In this document: piece by piece, positions 49,270 to 64,000 of the stretch
How positions within the stretch are numbered: the stretch's first letter is position 1
Layout: every line of letters begins with the position of its first letter
Assembly: GCA_951406725.2 (NCBI GenBank)
Contig: OX597831.1
Span: 63,674,001 to 63,738,000 of the forward strand
From: Octopus vulgaris
Taxonomy: Eukaryota
Length of the DNA stretch: 64,000 bases
Reading direction: 5' to 3'
The notes under the pieces: generated by a model
Told to the model about the DNA's origin: nothing
Seen by the model: only the letters and a program-made list of their open reading frames with translations
The model's database searches: none
Made by a program: the position numbers and the translations under genes

Positions 49270-50645
49270 TTTAATGATCTGAAAATAAACAAAAATTAAC
49301 TAAAATTAACAGAGAAAAAACTAGATTCCAAATGATTCACACACGCACAAATTTCGAACCCAATATCAAAGTAACATATCGGGTTGCTTCCATTCTTATC
49401 TTAAGAATGAACGCATGTAGGTGAAACATGTTAAAGTAATAGTGACCAAATCATTAATCATGTACACTAAATAGTAGACTTACTGGAGTGGAAGAGTAAA
49501 TGCCACACTGAATGAATTGATTTGTTTTTAACGTCACTCGCTGCATAGTTGAACTGTTATTGTGGAAAGGAAATAAATATTTTGAACCACGAAATCACCA
49601 AGAACATACTGAAATGCAAGAATAAATAAATGTTTTAAAAGTTATTGTTCAGAGAAAATTAGCTAAAAATCTTGAAAATATATTTTAACATTTTTCAGCG
49701 CTTGAATATTGATTGTTGTGCGATTGCTTGGCTGCCCTACTTTTCTTTTAAACTGTTTTACGTTCTTTTATTTCACTGTCTTGTATTTGTGTTTTATTTA
49801 ATTTTTCTATACTGGCTCCATTCTTCGAATATTCAGGTTAATATATGTAGGTGGCTTTTGAAAATTTTGATATTTGTATAATGCCAGAACAATACTGAGA
49901 CACTCTTTTGCAAGCTGCAAATAGATACAATACATGCTGTCATTCAATTACACGAAGGTAACTGAGATAGAATACTTTGTCCATAATTTAACCTGTATAG
50001 TTGCACACCTTTCCCATAAACAGCAATAAAACAACCATGGAAATTACGTTTCTTATAGATTATGCTGAATTCTATGCATCTTGGTTAACCTTGCCACCGA
50101 GTAGGAACCAGATTTCTTTCTGGGAGCGATAACAAAACTTACTAATAGCCTTTCCAGTGAGTTTTTCTTACACAAACACTTATGATTTGCATATTACATC
50201 ATAAAGGACTGATATTGTGAATGTATTCGTTATTTTCCGTCACTGACACAGTCTTTTTTGGTCACAAACACACAGCTGTTTTAGAATAAAGTAGTTCCCG
50301 ATCTAACATTGCTGAGCAACACCTTAGACAGGTGTGCTTTACAATTTCATTTTGTTAATCCATGCCTTGTAAATGAAATTAGGTAGACAGAAATTATGCG
50401 GATATCCATCAAATCAACCTGTTTGAAGGTGGGAGTTTTCATGTCACTATCTGGCACCCTGGTAGCTTTAATGGAGTTCATTCCATTAACAGTATTCTGG
50501 GCGTGCTACTTCATATTACAGTAACCCACGAGTCATGATTCTCCCTAGCAACCTTCTTTAAATCTCTTCCAAAGTGATTTTACTTTTAGTATCTCAGCTC
50601 CATAATGTTTGTTTTGGGTTTTTTTTAATAGGGCAAATCTATTTT

Positions 50646-50926
50646 AATTGCAGCGTTGAAGGTGTTTATAAGCCATTTAAGAAACACACAAAACCGTTAG
50701 ATTCACTTCAACATTTAAATTTAATTTGTCAAAATATTTTCGTCGTTTTGAGACCGTGACCCGTTCGCTGACAAAACTGAGATGCAGCACGAAGCTTTGT
50801 CAGTGAACAGGTCGCGGTCTCAAAGTGACAAAAATATTTTGAAAAATTAAATTTAAATGTTGAAGTGAATCTAACGGTTTTTGTGTGTTACTTAAATGGC
50901 TTATAAACACCTTCCACACTGCAATT
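50646..50926. mobile_element. Fold-back element (~130-bp inverted arms, 20-nt loop), probably a Penelope-like terminal repeat
   Basis: Arms 50646-50775 / 50796-50926, high identity; hammerhead-like stem arrangement with a non-canonical core. Confidence 0.7.
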
Positions 50927-53262
50927 GTTTTCGTTCCAGCACACGATCTCAGATCAGGTCACTTGCTATGCAAGTACATCTCCGTAAATCTATTTTAGAC
51001 CAATGCAAAAGGAAATTTAACCACGTACTTGTTATACAAATGATGGTGAATGAAATGAGAAAGTAGGAAGGTCGGCATTTTCTAGGTAGAAACATTTCTC
51101 AGAGAACAGTCGTTTCCATAAGTACTTATATCTGTTTATGGATAAAGGAAACGCAATATAGTAACATCATGCTATGTTCTCCAAATAAGCATGAGTCATA
51201 ATAATTTCACGGGAGGATGAAATGAGTGTTAAATGTGCATAACTTTTCAAAAAGCTTCAAAAATATATGAGAAAATAGAGTTGGGAATCAAAACTTGATT
51301 GCAAACTCACCAGACCTATCACTTGCCTTCTACTTCTATGGTGATTCATATAGATTAAATTTATGGTTGATTAAATATATATGTCCCAATAATAGAGGTG
51401 GCTAAGACATTGACTTATAATTCTGTTTAGGTTCACATTTCCATTACAATATATATTTTTTTATACGAAATGGTTCCATAGAACATCACTAAACTTTGTA
51501 ACTGATAAAACTAAGATTATGATGCACAGACACATTAATGGCTATAATACAATCTTGCTGTTTACATTTCAGCTTTGGAAGATTTATGAGAACAGCTTTG
51601 AAGTGATTTCCCTTTCCCATTGAATTTTATATTTTTCTATCAGATATTACTTGACAAAAAAAACAAAAAAAACTTAAGAAAAATCACATCAAATTAAATA
51701 AAATTGCATTCTTCAATATTCTCCAAACACCCACCATCGTGGTTTTATTAATAAATATCTCAACATAACATAACAATGAGGATTTCTTCCAAAGAAATGT
51801 TCACAGCTTTCTTTACAGAATACAATTCTATCTATGAGAACCTGTTGACATAGAGACAAATGGTTATTGATATTAGTGCTGATGCAAACAGCCACATCCC
51901 TTCAATAGCCTCGTCAAATTCTTTGTTTTAATTTCCAGTCTTAAAGACCATTATTCAAATACAAACAACAATTAACCAATGTTAGTCATATGATTTCAAT
52001 TCTTTTGCTCTTTTCATATTATTGTGTAGTTGTTTATATGTGTGTCTGTATGTATTTATGCCTGAGTGTAAGTATGTGTGTCTCATATAGTTGACTTTTG
52101 CTTTTCATTTTTTTATTGTATTTGGTTTTGTGTTTTTTTTTCCAGTATTTTTCTTTTGTGTTCTTTTCTAGGATTTCTATTAATTACTGTTATTTATGTT
52201 TTTGTATTCATTTGCTTTTGTTTAATTATATTTGTCTCCACTTTTGTTTTTTGTTTTTTTTATTTAATTTGAATGTTTAAGTTATTTTTATTTTATTTTA
52301 TTTTTAATGCCATGAATGTCTTTAGACTTTTTTTTTTCCTCTACCATCTCATTTCATTTCTTTTGTCTCATTTGGTTTCTTTTGTTGCTGTTGCTGCTAT
52401 TAGCCAAATTCCTGCTGGCAAACTATGATGATTGTCATGAGACAGGTTCAAACTAAGCTTTTATTGTTTTACCTCAATGTTAACCTATGTAGCATGGCTT
52501 TGCATTAGCATTCATAAATCTATGTCTACATGCACTTGTATACAAGTGTGTCACTCTATGTAATACATATACTCTGCTTTTCTCCCTCAATGTTGTAATC
52601 TGATAAGCCTCAGCTTCCTGTAATTGCACTTCTAACTGACAAACCCATGGTTTAATCATATTACAAATACAGAATGGAGAAAAATGCAGCAATTTACCAG
52701 AGACCTGAGAGCATTGGGTTAAATACCATTCAGTATTTATTCCAATTCTGTCCATTCTGAGTTCAAATCTTGCCAAGCATAAATCTGCTCTTCTGTCTTT
52801 CAGGGTTGATTTATTGAGAATCAGTCCATGAGAGTAGGTTGTAGAATTGATATAACAGCAAATGAGATGTTTTCTGATGTCTGCTCCAGCTTTGCGCATT
52901 CTGAGTTTGAATTCTGCCCCATGGCCTGAGCAAATCCACCACCCACAGGACCCTAAATGAGTAGAGGACAATTGGAGGCATTTACTGATACAGACAAACT
53001 ATGTTTATTGAGAAAATGGCAAAGAATGTATCACTTGTACAGTTAAATAATTCCTACACTAAGCTTGGTATAGTGGTTATCATATAAACTTTCTAGCTAC
53101 ATATGCATATAGATCAAGGGAGAAGTTAGGATAACACATATGACTTGAAGTTATTTTCGATATGGAACATTCTAGATTTATGGAGAACGAAGATTCTTAA
53201 CATAACTATAAAATATGTAACATTTAATTCAAGACAGAAAGGTTATGCAAAATGAAGACTTC

Positions 53263-53642
<380 letters not shown>

Positions 53643-53979
53643 GTTTTGAGTTGGCAGAGTTATTAGTTTTAGGAATATTAGTTTTTCTGATTCCCTGCAC
53701 CAGAAGTTCAAATCCCACAGAGGTGAACTCTACATTTCATTCTTCCAAGTCAATAAATAAAATGTCAGTCAAGTTTCAAGTACTAAGAACTTGACTCTTC
53801 TTTCTCCCTATCCAAGTCTGCTGAGCAGCGCTCTCAGAACAAATAATCAGAGAACACATACCATGTCTCTTTCTCCAGATATGGAGATGTTTTGAGCAAG
53901 GGTCAAGCAACCTTTTCTCATAGTAAGACTAAAATGCCACCAGAATGAAAGTACAGAAGAATATAAAGTATTTATACTT

Positions 53980-54347
<368 letters not shown>

Positions 54348-55481
54348 CATTAAAGTGTTGTGTCCGATGGCATACAGCTGTTTTGTCTCACCATTCTGAT
54401 AGCAATAATTGTGGGACTCTGGTGCCAAGCTGTATTAACCCTGTCTCTTCCTTGCACAATACTGGTGCCATGGTGAAGAAAGATAAAATTTTCATGCACC
54501 AGCAATGCCAAGTCTTCCACAAGAAAAAAACTATTGCCTTGCCCTACACCTAAAGAACATACTTTCTTGGGGTAGATATTCAAGCCTTCTACAAGCAGAC
54601 CAGAAATGCCTAATGTTATGTTTGGACAATAGACCACATTGGTAGCCTTGAAATAAGCAGTAGACTTGTGACTTACAGTCTTTAAGTCTATGTGTTCAAA
54701 TGTATTAATTTACTAAACTAAAATATGTTTTATCTTCCAGCCACTGTTTCAAAATATGGCTGATTAATAGAGTCAAGCTAATTAGGATTTTTTTTTTCTT
54801 TAATTATATAGAAAAGATAAAGATAATAACATTTGTCTGCCAACCAGAAATAAGAATAGTTATTCAGGATATTGTGAAAATAATCAATAGCTAATCAATA
54901 TTCTAATCCTAATTTCACACCACATATATTTAGATTTCTAATCGAACATTTCCTCAGAAGATAATTTTTACCTAATCTTGCCATTTTTCTTTCTTTTTTT
55001 TTTCCCCTTTTTTTTTTTCAAAATAATTGATATTAGATAAAATCTGTTAATGTTTATTCTTATTTTTATTTATTCTCAAACACCTACTTCACGAAAAATA
55101 TTCTGCTTCATTAGAGATTATGAATTATTTTATACATTGATAAGAGACAGTTATGGGTTGACTGTAGATAAAAACATGATTTATGCCATTATACAACGGT
55201 TTCTTTCAAACTGAATTCCACATGAAATTTTAATTCACAGAAACATTGCAAAATTAGAGGAAATGATTTGCATTCATTTCATCAGCGGTTCAATGGTTCA
55301 GTACACCAAAATAGGTAGTGCTGTTCTGAGAGATAAATTTTTTTTACCATTCTAGGAATACTACATCATATATTATTGCACAGCTGTATGATGCTTCAGC
55401 CATCTTTCACAGCAATAATCAATTAAACATTGAAGCAGTTGAATGAAAATAAGGCTTTAAAATAATTAGACTAAAATATAT

Positions 55482-55839
55482 GCTTACCAACCACATGGTT
55501 CCGGGTTCAGCCCCACTGTGTGGCACCTTGGGCAAGTGTCTTCTACTATTGCTTCGGGCTGACCAAAGCCTTGTGAGTGAATTTGGTAGACGGAAACTGA
55601 AAGCAGCCTGTTGTATATATGTATATGCATATATGTGTGTGTTTGTGTGTCTGTTCCCCAAACATCACCTGACATCCGATGCTGGTGTGTTTACGTCCCC
55701 GTAACTTAGCGGTTCGGCAAAAGAGACCGATAGAATAAGTACTAGACTTACAAAGAATAAGTCCTGGGCTCAATTTCCTCAACTAAAGGCAGTGCTCCAG
55801 CATGGCCGCAGTCAAATGATTGAAACAAGTAAAAGAGTA
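55482..55839 (+). mobile_element. SINE family A
   Basis: Family match, slightly 5' truncated. Confidence 0.9.
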
Positions 55840-55964
55840 TATTTCTAAATTTGTGAAATTTATTGCAACTCTTTTGAACAATATTGTTTTATTATCTTTC
55901 TTAGAGCCGTGTGAAAGTAATAATACAATAATGCCTTTAATATACTAAGGTAGAAAATATGAGA

Positions 55965-56300
55965 TGCTATTCCACGCTGGAATGGGTTGGACGGTTTGAC
56001 CAGTGCTGGCAGCCAAAGAACTGCACCAGGTTCCAGTCTAATCTGACTTTTTTTCAAGAGCTGGATGCCCTTCCTAACTCCAAACAATTTACAGCATGTA
56101 CTGGGTGCTTTTAACATGGCACTAGCATGAATACTTATATGCAATACTGGCAGAAGTGCTTTTTACATTATACGAGCACAGGACTCTTATAGGTCAATCC
56201 TCTTCATCAGGGGTGGGCATCCTTAACACTTCTGCTGTAGAGGACAGGTCTTCTTGAATACAGCATGGCACCATATATCTCAATTTTTTTTTTTTTGTCA
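55965..56300 (-). mobile_element. RTE 3' UTR remnant, diverged
   Basis: ATGGGTTGGACGGTTTGAC...GCTGGATGCCCTTCCTAAC. Confidence 0.75.
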
Positions 56301-56890
56301 GCTCAGATATTTAATACTTATATTGTATCTGAACTGCTCTACCAAATTCTAAAACTGACTTTGTCTATATATTAGAAAGTATTTCTGCATTAATGCTAAC
56401 AACCCAAAGAGAACCATTACTGATAGAAACAGGAACCAAATAACATTTGACTGTCTTAAAAAACAAAACATTAGATGTGTTTCTGAGAAAAGAAAGTTTT
56501 GGAGTACAGATCTGCTCAATCAAAACTGACCCTTGGATAAGTCACAACAACCAAAATAATGATATTATTACTAAACCATGGCGTCAGCAAACCAGTAGAT
56601 TAGTATTATTATTAGTAGTAATAGAGTGGATATAGTTTATGTTTAGAAACAGTAGAGGTTTTAGAAACTTTAGTATTTTAGTTACACACACCTGACACAA
56701 GCACAAAAGAAAGAAATTCTGGCACATTGATAAATGATTGTTATAAAGTCTTGTCGAATTTTTAAATTTTTTATTTTCAGGAAATATTTAGTAAAATGAT
56801 GCTTTTGCACAGTTTTGAAAAATAAGGCACTTAATTGTATTCTGACTAGATGTTATTTTAACATTTTCCTTTTTCAATCAGCTTCCTCTT

Positions 56891-56897
56891 TGTGTGT

Positions 56898-56970
<73 letters not shown>

Positions 56971-56987
56971 TGCATGTGTGTGTGTGC
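56891..56987. repeat. (TG)n microsatellite
   Basis: Visible directly. Confidence 0.97.
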
Positions 56988-58879
56988 ATACTAATTAATT
57001 CATTACATGTTACTGCAATGAAACAGAACACATCCTGGCATACAATTAGGTGATTCACTAATGAAAAGTATGGCATCTTGTGATTATAATTTTTTCGTTT
57101 TTTTAATCTCATTGATAATAGAATATGTTTGTTCTCATAATATTTGATAGGTAAAAGATAGAATTCCCCCTACATAGAGCGATGGTCTGTAATAGATTAT
57201 TGTCTGAACCTTGTCTGTTTGGGCTCAAATGTGTGTTTATGTGTCCCCAAAATAGTTATACAAAACATCAATTCTTCAGCTGATTTAATTATCAATTCAC
57301 ACAGTTAGATGATTTATTTGACTTTAATGGAATACAAGGAAGAAAATTATGAACCAGTTTGTAAACAAGGAATAACTCATTCATATGTTCTTACGAGGCA
57401 GCATTTTACTTTTGATCCTATCACATTACCGAGGACTAGATCTTTGAGTTCATCTCTGCCATAGTCCTAACAAATAAACTCTGTTCATCTCTTTCATTTA
57501 CACTTCTTGAATTTGAGAAGTCAAAGTACGGTTTCTTTTCCTGCTTGAATGGGAAAAAGAAACTGTGACTAAAAGTTGTCAGCATTACTGTCTCAGCTTA
57601 TAAATAACCACATCTCTCTCTCAACATCATCATATTCTTCAGTTTTACATTTTTCATTTTCTTTTTAATTATTTAGAGTATACATAAATTATTTCACTGA
57701 CAAAAGCCAGCACCAAGTTTAATAGCAAATATATAATCTCATATCTTGTTGCTAGACTCGATCAAATTATGAATTGTAAGCAGGTGTTTGCACTGTGCTT
57801 TCTTAATTCTAGACTAAATTTACATTTCTTGTCATGAACAATAACTGAACATATCAAATATAAAATAAATTCAGAGCAAATTGATACAAACAATTACACC
57901 AATGGAATAAAATTATTCTCAAAATTTCTTTAATATCAATTCAGATTTCTATAAAATTCAACTGATTTTTATTGCTGTCAGTTTATTAAATATATTAATT
58001 TACTATAAACTGACACTGAATTAGATATTTTATCCCCTTTATGAATTTTCTAATTGTAAGCTATAAATACAGTCTAAAAATACTCGTTAAGAATTTTAGA
58101 ATATTTTCTAACAGATGTAAGACATTCAATTAAATATAATCCTGTTTTCCTTTATACAATACACAGAAACTCTTTATCGACTAGAATGTGTCTGAGGGGA
58201 AATATTTTAGAAAGGGAACATACCAAATATAATTACTGTAGCTTTTCATGTATGCAATGAAATAAACTGAAAATCTTAGATTGTTGAGATTCTTAATGCA
58301 ATGAGTAGGCAAAACCTTCCTCCAAAACTTTTAAAATAAAAATAATAACAAGTGGGAAGATAGTTCCAATAAATCAACCAATGAAAGTTTTTGGAAAATA
58401 ATAATGATGCCAATAGGAATGGATTTTGTCTTTAAAGCCAGCTGCTGAAAACAATTGTACACAAGGCATATCGAGGTAATATTTATCCCCATTTAAACAT
58501 GAATGTTCTGTTAGAACAAACTATACTGTGGTAGCAGCCATGAGAGAAGCTCTTGTATTGGTGTTTAGTGCAAAATGTACTCTTGTTTGTATCACTAATA
58601 AGGAGATAAAGCATATTCTCCGCAGTTGGCAAAACATGGAAGTGATCCGGACATACCCAGAGAAGTGATCAGTATATACAGAAATAGCGGGAATATAGTG
58701 CTACCAATTATGATAATATGGATGAGAGAAAGTAGGAAAAACAAATCATTCTAGGAGTATTTAAAATAAAAAAAACAAACGAGATAACACAGGGTGAAAT
58801 TATTTGGAAATAGTAATATTGCAGATGGGAATGGATTTTTCCGTTAAAGTTACATCTATTGTTAGTATGTAAACATATA

Positions 58880-59248
58880 TTCTTTTAGTCTTTTATTTGT
58901 TTTAATTTGACTGTGGCCAAGCTGGAGCACCGCCTTTCATTGAACAATTTGACCCCAGGACTTATTCTATCGGTCTCTTTTTTTGAACCACTAGGTTACG
59001 GGGATTAAACTCACCCGCATCGATTGTCAAGCGATGGTGGAGGGACAAACACACACACACACACACACATATATACATATACACAGTGGCATCTTTCAGT
59101 TTCCGTCTACCAAATCCACTCAGAAGGGTTTGGTTGGCCCAAGGCTATAGTGGAAGACACTTGCTCAAGGTGTCACGCAGTGGGACTGAACCCAGAACCA
59201 TGTGGTTGGTAAGCAAGCTGTTTACCACACAGCCACTCCTGCACCTGT
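58880..59248 (-). mobile_element. SINE family A
   Basis: Family match. Confidence 0.88.
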
Positions 59249-59249
59249 A

Positions 59250-59683
59250 AAATACTCCAATCCGACCGTACGACAGGCACCCATGCCAACCCCCTTTGCT
59301 TGTGAAGACATGTTGGGGCAAGCGAAATCGAAATCGAATTGAACCAGCCAGGATCCCTGGTCTGGTGGTACGTAAAAAGCACTATCCGACTCGTGGCCGA
59401 TGCCAGCACCGCCTCGACTGGCTTCCGTGCCGGTGGCACATAAAATATACCAATCCGACCATGGCCGTTGCCAGCCTCACCTGGCACCTGTGCAGGCAGC
59501 ACGTAAAAAGCACCCACTACACTCACGGAGTGGTTGGCGTTAGGAAGGGCATCCAGCTGTAGAAACATTGCCAGATTATACTGGAGCCTGGTGCAGCCTT
59601 CTGGCTTCCCAGATCCCTGGTCGAACCGTCCAACCCATGCTAGCATGGAGAACGGACGTTAAACGATGATGATGATGATGATA
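59250..59683 (+). mobile_element. RTE 3' UTR with (GAT)n tail
   Basis: GTGGTTGGCGTTAGGAAGGGCATCCAGCTGTAG...GGACGTTAAACGATGATGATG. Confidence 0.88.
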
Positions 59684-59684
59684 A

Positions 59685-59747
<63 letters not shown>

Positions 59748-59792
59748 GTATATATATATTCATATATATATATATATATATATATAAATCAA

Positions 59793-59823
<31 letters not shown>

Positions 59824-60044
59824 TACACATATGTATATGTGTATAGATACACACATTCTTACTGAACATTTTCTGATTCTAATGTTTGTGTGTGTGTGGT
59901 GGAGATGGGAGTGGGGGTTGTTAGTGTTTAGTACAGTTAGCCAATCCTTTATCTCTGTATTCTCAAATATTTATACTTGTATAATGTCATACTGCTAACA
60001 ACTCATTTCAAACTTGTAAAAAATTGAAAATATATACTGCAACT

Positions 60045-60088
60045 TCTACGACTACTACTACTACTAACAAATAATACTAATAATAATA

Positions 60089-60159
<71 letters not shown>

Positions 60160-60201
60160 AACAATAACAATAATAATAATAATGATGATGATGATAATAA
60201 C

Positions 60202-60269
<68 letters not shown>

Positions 60270-60460
60270 TAATAATAATAATAATAATAATGATGATGAT
60301 GATGATGATAACAATAATAATAATGATGATGATGATGATGATAACAGTAACAATAATAATAATGATGATGATGATAACAATAACAATAATAATAATAATA
60401 ATAATAATAACAACAACAACAACAACAACAACAATAATAATAATAATAATAATAATAATA
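60045..60460. repeat. (AAT)n/(GAT)n/(AAC)n trinucleotide tract
   Basis: Visible directly. Confidence 0.97.
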
Positions 60461-60887
60461 TATGTGTATATTTACACACACATACACACATTTTACTCTA
60501 TTTTTGTAAGTGAAAATGTTGAGATTTACTTTGAAGTTTTGGTTCAGCAGTCTTCCTCAGACTGTAAATTACTTTGCTTTTCTAAGTTGTACATACACTT
60601 TTGTGGGTTCATCACCTTCTTTGTAATCATATTGCTCCACCCACTAAATGAACCCCATATACACATGTAAGGCTTGGAAGACCAAATGAATTTACCATCT
60701 GCTAAATGCTACTAAGCCAAGACTTTGAAGTAATAGTCAGCTTTTTCCTTGCAAGAGTAACTCTTCTGAATAGTATTAAGTGATCCTTCAGTCTAATGCG
60801 TGGCTGTTTTTATATGCAAGACACATAGACACAAACATTAAGATATCTATATTTCTCTATCTACATACATACACACATACGCATAGT

Positions 60888-61282
60888 CTTTTATTCTTTC
60901 AGTCATTTGACTGTGGCCATGCTAGAGCACTGCCTTAAAAGAGTTTTCTTTTAGTTGAAGAAATCAACCCCAGGACTTATTCTTTGTAGGCCTAGTACTT
61001 ATTCAATCGGTCTATTTTGCCTAACCACTAATTTATGGGGAGGTAAACACACCAACATCGGTTGACAAATGATGGAGGGACAAGCATAGACACAAAGACA
61101 CACACACATAAATATATACATACATATATATATATCTATATATGCGACAGACTTTTCTCAGTTTCTGTCAACCAAACTGCCTCACAAGGTAGAAGACACT
61201 TGCCCAAGGTGCCACGCAGTGGGACTGAACCCAGGACCATGTGGTTGGCAAGCAAACTTCTTACCACACAACCACACCTGTA
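60888..61282 (-). mobile_element. SINE family A
   Basis: Family match with internal deletion. Confidence 0.88.
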
Positions 61283-61293
61283 TGTATGTATAC

Positions 61294-61371
<78 letters not shown>

Positions 61372-62159
61372 CTGGAACATTGAAACTTGAAGCAGTGAGA
61401 ATAGCATGTAAATATTGGGGTAAAAACCACTTTGGGTAGAAAGGGCCAAAGGCTGCCCATGGGACAAGAACTCACATCTTCTGTATGCATGACTGATGTT
61501 CTACTTTTGAAACAAAGCAATACTTTGAATTTCTCTATCCATTTTACTCTTATGATATCAACAATATGTATAAACATATACACATAGCTTCCCTGCCTAA
61601 TTAGATGGATGGTATCATTTGAAGGCTAAAACAAATTAAGGAAATGCATTGTAACCAGTGGTGTATAGCCACATCAATAGCTTGGTCAACACGGCAACAC
61701 AGTAATATATATATGTATATATATACATATGTAGATATCATCATCATCATACTTCCATTCTCAAAGTTGTCATGGTTGCAAAGATCATCACAGTCCGAGT
61801 CATTTCTTATTGGAAGTTACTATTCCTAAACACTGATAGTTGGTGTCAATTCATTTAGTTTGGTTTCTACAACTGATTCAATTTTCTATAACCAAACACT
61901 TTACTGAATGCATTTTCATGTGACACCAACTTTAGAGCATCTGAAATGACACATTAAATGGAAACCCACAATCTTATAGTTTCTCTACTCATTTGCCAAA
62001 TACCTAACATTGAGTGCTGGATGCAGTCTCATGGAACCAGTTCTCATGAGAACTCACCATTCCTGTAGAGGAAGCATGTTTAGTTCCATCATCCTCTAGC
62101 ACAGGAGACAGCATGCTTTGTACACAGTAAATGTAAATTACTCAGTGATCTAAAGCATA

Positions 62160-62575
62160 TAGGTGTAGGAGTGGCTGTGTGGTAAGTAGCTTGTTTACGA
62201 TCCACATCGTTCTGGGTTCAGTCCTACTGCGTGGCACCTTGGGCATGTGTCTTCTACTATAGCCTCAGGTCGACCAAAGCCTTGTGAGTGGATTTGGTAG
62301 ACGGAAACTGAAAGAAGCCCATCGTATATATGTATATATATATATATATATATGTGCGTGTGTGTGTATACGTTAGTGTGTCTGTGTTTGTCCCCCCACT
62401 GACATCGCTTGACAACCGATGCTGGTGTATTTACGTCACCGTAACTTAGTGGTTCAGCAAAAGCGACCAATAGAATAAGTACTAGGCTTACAAAGAATAA
62501 GTCCTGGGGTTGATTTGCTCAACTAAAGGTGGTACTCCAGCATGGCCACAGTCAAATGACTGAAACAAGTAAAAA
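62160..62575 (+). mobile_element. SINE family A, full length
   Basis: AGGTGTAGGAGTGGCTGTGTGG...CCTTGGGC...ATGACTGAAACAAGTAAAA. Confidence 0.92.
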
Positions 62576-62940
62576 AAAATATATTAGATTGAGGAAGAAA
62601 GAGAAGAGGGAGCAAGGTGAGTAGAAAGGCCATGAACAAGTAGTTGAGAGTGGGGAGGGAAGTGTAATCATTGAGAGAAACTCACTAACCTTGGGCACAT
62701 CCATTTGCTCAGAAGACTGAGGAGAGAGGTAAGAGAGAGAGAAAGAAAGAAAGACTTCAGAAAGACCAAAAATGGGTGGAAGGGGGTAAGAGTATGATGG
62801 GGAAAGCAGGGATATTTGAAGGTGGTGTTGATAAAGAGTAAATGGCAACAGCAGAGGTGTTTGTGTATATACATAGACATGCACAAATATATATATGCTT
62901 ATGAACATGCACACATATACATGCATGTACACATGCATAA

Positions 62941-62988
<48 letters not shown>

Positions 62989-63750
62989 GTGTGTGTGTGT
63001 GTTTCTATGTATATATATGTGTGTATTATTTTTACTTTATGTTATATTTGAAGAATTCTTTTTTATCTCCTTGAAATTTAAAATACTCTTTCCTAATTAG
63101 ATTTTCAGCATTCCAGTTCTCCTTTTTTCTTTTTTCTATCAACATAATATGAATACACCATTATCAATTTTACCAATATTTAGTAAATGCCTACACTAAT
63201 GCAGATGTCTTTATAACCTCTAAGTCTCCCATACAAGAGTGAAATCCAGCAAAATTTTAGTTATAAATGTTGAAGTTTTATTGATTTAAAACCCTTGGGA
63301 AAAGCTAAAATTAATGTGCTGCACTAGAAAAAAAAAAATCACTGTAAAATCAATAATACAGGTTTAACATCTGTGCACTCATCTTTTATTCCACACCTAG
63401 ATAACTTTTTTTTTTGCTCCCCCTCAATCACAACATCTATTTCCACTATATGTTCATATTTGAACATTTATTTTAATGTTTCTCTAACACATAGAACAAG
63501 AACTGGTACTTCCTAATGGAATATTCTTCATTGTATGTTACACTTTTCCTAAATATTTTTCATCTTTTCATGAAAAAAAAAATAATAATAAATAAAGGCA
63601 GAATAAAGTAGCTGAATGTATTTATAATTCCATTTCAAATATTTTAGTGCCCAGCTATATCTGTCAGTATTGGTGACTCAATATTCCATCTATTTCAAGA
63701 GTTTTATGTATCCAACTCTTCTTTCTTCCTCCAAAACAAGTTTATTTAAG

Positions 63751-63910
63751 GGTTGCAGGTATAGCTGCATGGTTAAGAAATCCACTCCTCAACTAAATAT
63801 TTTATGTTTGACCCCTTCTAGGCTTCACCTAGAGAAAGTGTTTTCTAACATAGCCTTGTGGTGACCAAAACCCCATAAATGAAAACTGATAGATGAAAGC
63901 TATGCAGAAC
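63751..63910 (+). mobile_element. Old SINE family A-related remnant
   Basis: Degenerate tRNA-like head and GCCTTGTGGTGACCAAA. Confidence 0.5.
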
Positions 63911-64000
63911 CCTTGTTCAAGGTTATCTCTAGTAGGGTCCACTCTGATGCAAGAGCATGGACCATGTCTCCAGTTCCAGTTTTAGAATAACCTCTCCTCC

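Noticed and set aside
52480-52971. 163-aa minus-strand ORF
   Set aside because: The N-terminal half runs through old family B SINE remnants; no recognisable domain
54350-54637. 95-aa minus-strand ORF
   Set aside because: No recognisable motif or clear splice context; possibly a decayed element

Overview
AT-rich, repeat-dense animal (non-prokaryotic) genomic DNA. The SINE families and very long (TA)n/(TATG)n/(GATA)n tracts look like an octopus/cephalopod genome (inference from recall, not a search). No full-length protein-coding gene is evident, and most listed ORFs are artefacts of microsatellites or SINEs. Supported content: three tRNA-derived SINE groups (one with four interchangeable 3' tails); four copies of a ~415-430 bp MITE with 8-bp TSDs and internal (TTAGGG)n; hAT and piggyBac MITEs; decayed mariner (D,D34D), Tc1, DD37D/41D-like and pogo/Tigger transposases; RTE, CR1/L2 and L1/Tx1 fragments; and a tRNA-Glu(TTC) pseudogene fused to a SINE-type tail. 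Most notable are several sequence-unrelated short elements, three of them fold-backs, carrying minimal hammerhead-ribozyme-like motifs (Penelope-like/retrozyme-like). The best has a canonical core and an 11-bp TSD at 36970-37372. A speculative 3-exon minus-strand gene for a small secreted protein with a 16-nt microexon is also proposed. Repeat coordinates were read by eye and may be off by a few bases.
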